The notes beneath the pieces were generated by a model. That model searched no databases. It saw only the letters and a list, made by a program, of their open reading frames with translations, and was not told the origin of the DNA. Shown here piece by piece: positions 60,227-64,000 of a stretch of 64,000 nucleotides of DNA; position 1 is the first letter of the stretch, and each line of letters starts with the position of its first letter. A program made the position numbers and the translations under genes. The DNA is from the human T2T-CHM13v2.0 reference genome, Homo sapiens. Where the stretch lies: NCBI RefSeq assembly GCF_009914755.1, contig NC_060925.1. One strand, written 5' to 3'.

Positions 60227-63200
60227 ATGGAATCGTCATCGAATGAATTGAATGCAATCATCGAATGGTCTCGAATGGAATCATCTTCTAATGGAAAGGA
60301 ATGGAATCATCGCATAGAATCGAATGGAATTATCATCGAATGGAATCGAATGGTATCAACACCAAACGGAAAAAAACGGAATTATCGAATGGAATCGAAG
60401 AGAATCTTCGAACGGACCCGAATGGAATCATCTAATGGAATGGAATGGAATAATCCATGGACTCGAATGCAATCATCATCGAATGGAATCAAATGGAATC
60501 ATCGAATCGACTCGAATGGAATAATCATTGAACGGAATCGAATGGAATCATCATCGGATGGAAACGAATGGAATCATCATCGAATGGAAATGAAAGGAGT
60601 CATCATCTAATGGAATTGCATGGAATCATCATAAAATGGAATCGAATGGAATCAACATCAAATGGAATCAAATGGAATCATTGAACGGAATTGAATGGAA
60701 TCGTCATCGAATGAATTGACTGCAATCATCGAATGGTCTCGAATGGAATCATCTTCAAATGGAATGGAATGGAATCATCGCATAGAATCGAATGGAATTA
60801 TCATCGAATGGAATCGAATGGAATCAACATCCAACGGAAAAAAACGGAATTATCGAATGGAATCGAAGAGAATCATCGAATGGACCCGAATGGAATCATC
60901 TAATGGAATGGAATGGAATAATCCATGGACTCTAATGCAACATCATCGAATGGAATCGAATGGAATCATCGAATGGACTCGAATGGAATAATCATTGAAC
61001 GGAATCGAATGGAATCATCATCGGATGGAAATGAATGGAATCATCATCGAATGGAATCGAATAGAATTATGGAATGAAATCCAGTGTGATCATCATCGAA
61101 TGGACCCGAATGGAATCATCATCCAACGGAAGCTAATGGAATCAACATCGAATGAATCGAATGGAAACACCATCGAATTGAAACGAATGGAATTATCATG
61201 AAATTGAAATGGATGGACTCATCATCGAATGGATTCGAATGGAATCATCGAATAAAATTGATTGAAATCATCATCGAATGGAATCGAATGGTATCATTGA
61301 ATGGAATCGAATGGAATCATCATCAGATGGAAATGAATGGAATCGTCATAGAATGGAATCGAATGGATTCATTGAATGGAATCAGATGGAATCATCGAAT
61401 GGACTGGAATGGAATCATTGAATGGACTCGAAAGGGATCATGATTGAATGGAATTGAATGGAATCATCGAATGGTCTCGATTGGAATCATTATCAAATGG
61501 AATCGAATGGAATCACCGAATAGAATCGAATGGAACAATCATCGAATGGACTCAAATGGAATTATCCTCCAATGGAATCGAATGGAATTATCGAATGCAA
61601 TCGAATGGAATTATCGAATGCAATCGAATAGAATCATCGAATGGACTCGAATGGAATCATCGAATGGAATGGAATGGAACAGTCAATGAACTCGAATGGA
61701 ATCATCATTGAATGGAATCGAATGGAATCATCGAGTGGAATCGAATGGAATTATGATCAAATGGAATCGAATGTAATCATCATCAAATGGAATCAAAAAT
61801 AACCATCATCAATTGGTATTGAATGGAATTGTCATCAAATGGAATTCAAAGGAATCATCATCAAATGGAACCGAATGGAATCCTCATTGAATGGAAATGA
61901 AAGGGGTCATCATCTAATGGAATCGCATGGAATCATCATCAAATGGAATCGAATGGAATCATCATCAAATGGAATCTAATGGAATCATTGAACAGAATTG
62001 AATGGAATCGTCATCGAATGAATTGAATGCAATCATCGAATGGTCTCGAATGGAATCATCTTCTAATGGAAAGGAATGGAATCATCGCATAGAATCGAAT
62101 GGAATTATCATCGAATGGAATCGAATGGTATCAACACCAAACGGAAAAAAACGGAATTATCAAATGGAATCGAAGAGAATCTTCGAACGGACCCGAATGG
62201 AATCATCTAATGGAATGGAATGGAATAATCCATGGACTCGAATGCAATCATCATCGAATGGAATCGAATGGAATCATCGAATGGACTCGAATGGAATAAT
62301 CATTGAACGGAATCGATTGGAATCATCATCGGATGGAAACGAATGGAATCATCATCGAATGGAAATGAAAGGAGTCATCATCTAATGGAATTGCATGGAA
62401 TCATCATAAAATGGAATCGAATGGAATCAACATCAAATGGAATCAAATGGAATCATTGAACGGAATTGAATGGAATTGTCATCGAATGAATTGACTGCAA
62501 TCATCCAATGGTCTCGAATGGAATCATCTTCAAATGGAATGGAATGGAATCTTCGCATAGAATCGAATGGAATTATCATCGAATGGAATCGAATGCAATC
62601 AACATCCAACGGAAAAAAACGGAATTATCGAATGGAATCGAAGAGAATCATCGAATGGACCCGAATGGAATCATCTAATGGAATGGAATGGAATAATCCA
62701 TGGACTCGAATGCAATCATCATCGAATGGAATCGAATGGAATCATCGAATGGACTCGAATGGAATAATCATTGAACGGAATCGAATGGAATCATCATCGG
62801 ATGGAAATGAATGGAATCATCATCGAATGGAATCGAATAGAATTATGGAATGAAATCCAGTGTGATCATCATCGAATGGACCCGAATGGAATCATCATCC
62901 AACGGAAGCTAATGGAATCAACATCGAATGAATCAAATGGAAACACCATCGAATTGAAACGAATGGAATTATCATGAAATTGAAATGGATGGACTCATCA
63001 TCGAATGGATTCGAATGGAATCATCGAATAAAATTGATTGAAATCATCATCGAATGGAATCGAATGGTATCATTGAATGGAATCGAATGGAATCATCATC
63101 AGATGGAAATGAATGGAATCGTCATAGAATGGAATCGAATGGATTCATTGAATGGAATCAGATGGAATCATCGAATGGACTGGAATGGAATCATTGAATG

Positions 63201-64000
63201 GACTCGAAAGGGATCATGATTGAATGGAATTGAATGGAATCATCGAATGGTCTCGATTGGAATCATTATCAAATGGAATCGAATGGAATCACCGAATAGA
63301 ATCGAATGGAACAATCATCGAATGGACTCAAATGGAATTATCCTCAAATGGAATCGAATGGAATTATCGAATGCAATCGAATGGAATTATCGAATGCAAT
63401 CGAATAGAATCATCGAATGGACTCGAATGGAATCATCGAATGGAATGGAATGGAACAGTCAATGAACTCGAATGGAATCATCATTGAATGGAATCGAATG
63501 GAATCATCGAGTGGAATTGAATGGAATTATGATCAAATGGAATCGAATGTAATCATCATCAAATGGAATCAAAAATAACCATCATCAATTGGTATTGAAT
63601 GGAATTGTCATCAAATGGAATTCAAAGGAATCATCATCAAATGGAACCGAATGGAATCCTCATTGAATGGAAATGAAAGGGGTCATCATCTAATGGAATC
63701 GCATGGAATCATCATAAAATGGAATCGAATGGAATCAACATCAAATGGAATCAAATGGAATCATTGAACGGAATTGAATGGAATCGTCATCGAATGAATT
63801 GGATGCAATCATCGAATGGTCTCGAATGGAATCTTCTTCAAATGGAATGGAATGGAATCATCGCATAGAATCGAATGGAATTATCATCGAATGGAATCGA
63901 ATGGAATCAACATCAAACGGAAAAAAACGGAATTATCGAATGGAATCGAAGAGAATCATCGAATGGACCCGAATGGAATCATCTAATGGAATGGAATGGA

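Larger units (their letters stand above)
1..64000 (+). repeat. Human satellite II (HSat2/HSATII) tandem array, 1.77-kb-unit type (probably 1q12, D1Z1/HSat2A2-like)
   Basis: Continuous diverged (GGAAT)n with GAATC, TCGA and CATCAT interruptions; reverse complement reads CATTCGATTCCATTCGATGAT, the HSat2 signature rather than pure (CATTC)n HSat3. The anchor GAATTGAATGGAATCGTCATCG recurs at 422, 2198, 3974 ... 62002, 63778, mostly 1776 bp apart (36 anchors). Family call is firm; chromosome and subfamily are inferred from unit length. Confidence 0.97.

Noticed and set aside
422-63487. Hundreds of 60-163 aa ORFs (MESSSNGIEWNHR-like) as protein-coding genes
   Set aside because: They are low-complexity translations of GGAAT/GAATC repeats, overlap in several frames, recur with the repeat period and are freely broken by frameshifts and stops among copies. 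No domain or gene structure is visible.
1-64000. CRISPR array or other prokaryotic repeat-spacer system
   Set aside because: There are no unique spacers between constant repeats and no cas-like or other real genes; everything is degenerate satellite.
1-64000. HSat3 (DYZ1 or chr9-type) or alpha satellite
   Set aside because: Long pure (GGAAT)n runs are absent (about 3-4 pentamers at most), CATCATCGA interruptions are typical of HSat2, and there is no 171-bp monomer. The 3.55-kb periods are dimers of the 1776-bp unit, not DYZ1.

Overview
The whole 64 kb window is one uninterrupted, single-orientation array of human classical satellite II (HSat2/HSATII). The + strand is the purine-rich GAATG/GAATC strand, made of 23/26-bp CATCATCGAATGGAATCGAATGGAAT-type units. 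These are organised into a 1776-bp higher-order unit that carries one conserved EcoRI site and an internal 468-bp duplication. This matches the 1.77-kb D1Z1/pUC1.77 repeat of 1q12 pericentromeric heterochromatin; the chromosome assignment is inferred from unit length and was not checked by alignment. I see no genes, transposons, RNA genes or CRISPR arrays, and all listed ORFs are translations of the satellite. I found no evidence for a new protein- or RNA-encoding system. The informative signal is the variant architecture: deleted units of 1014, 1062/1063, 1682 and 1750 bp, nested super-periods of 6248, about 2839, 3548, 3553 and about 24,857 bp, a twice-occurring rearranged 3.57-kb module, diverged patches, conversions between the two internal sub-repeats that add or remove DUX4-consensus sites, and domain-like SNV distributions. 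All periods were worked out by hand from recurring anchors in the ORF track and sequence, so breakpoints are approximate.
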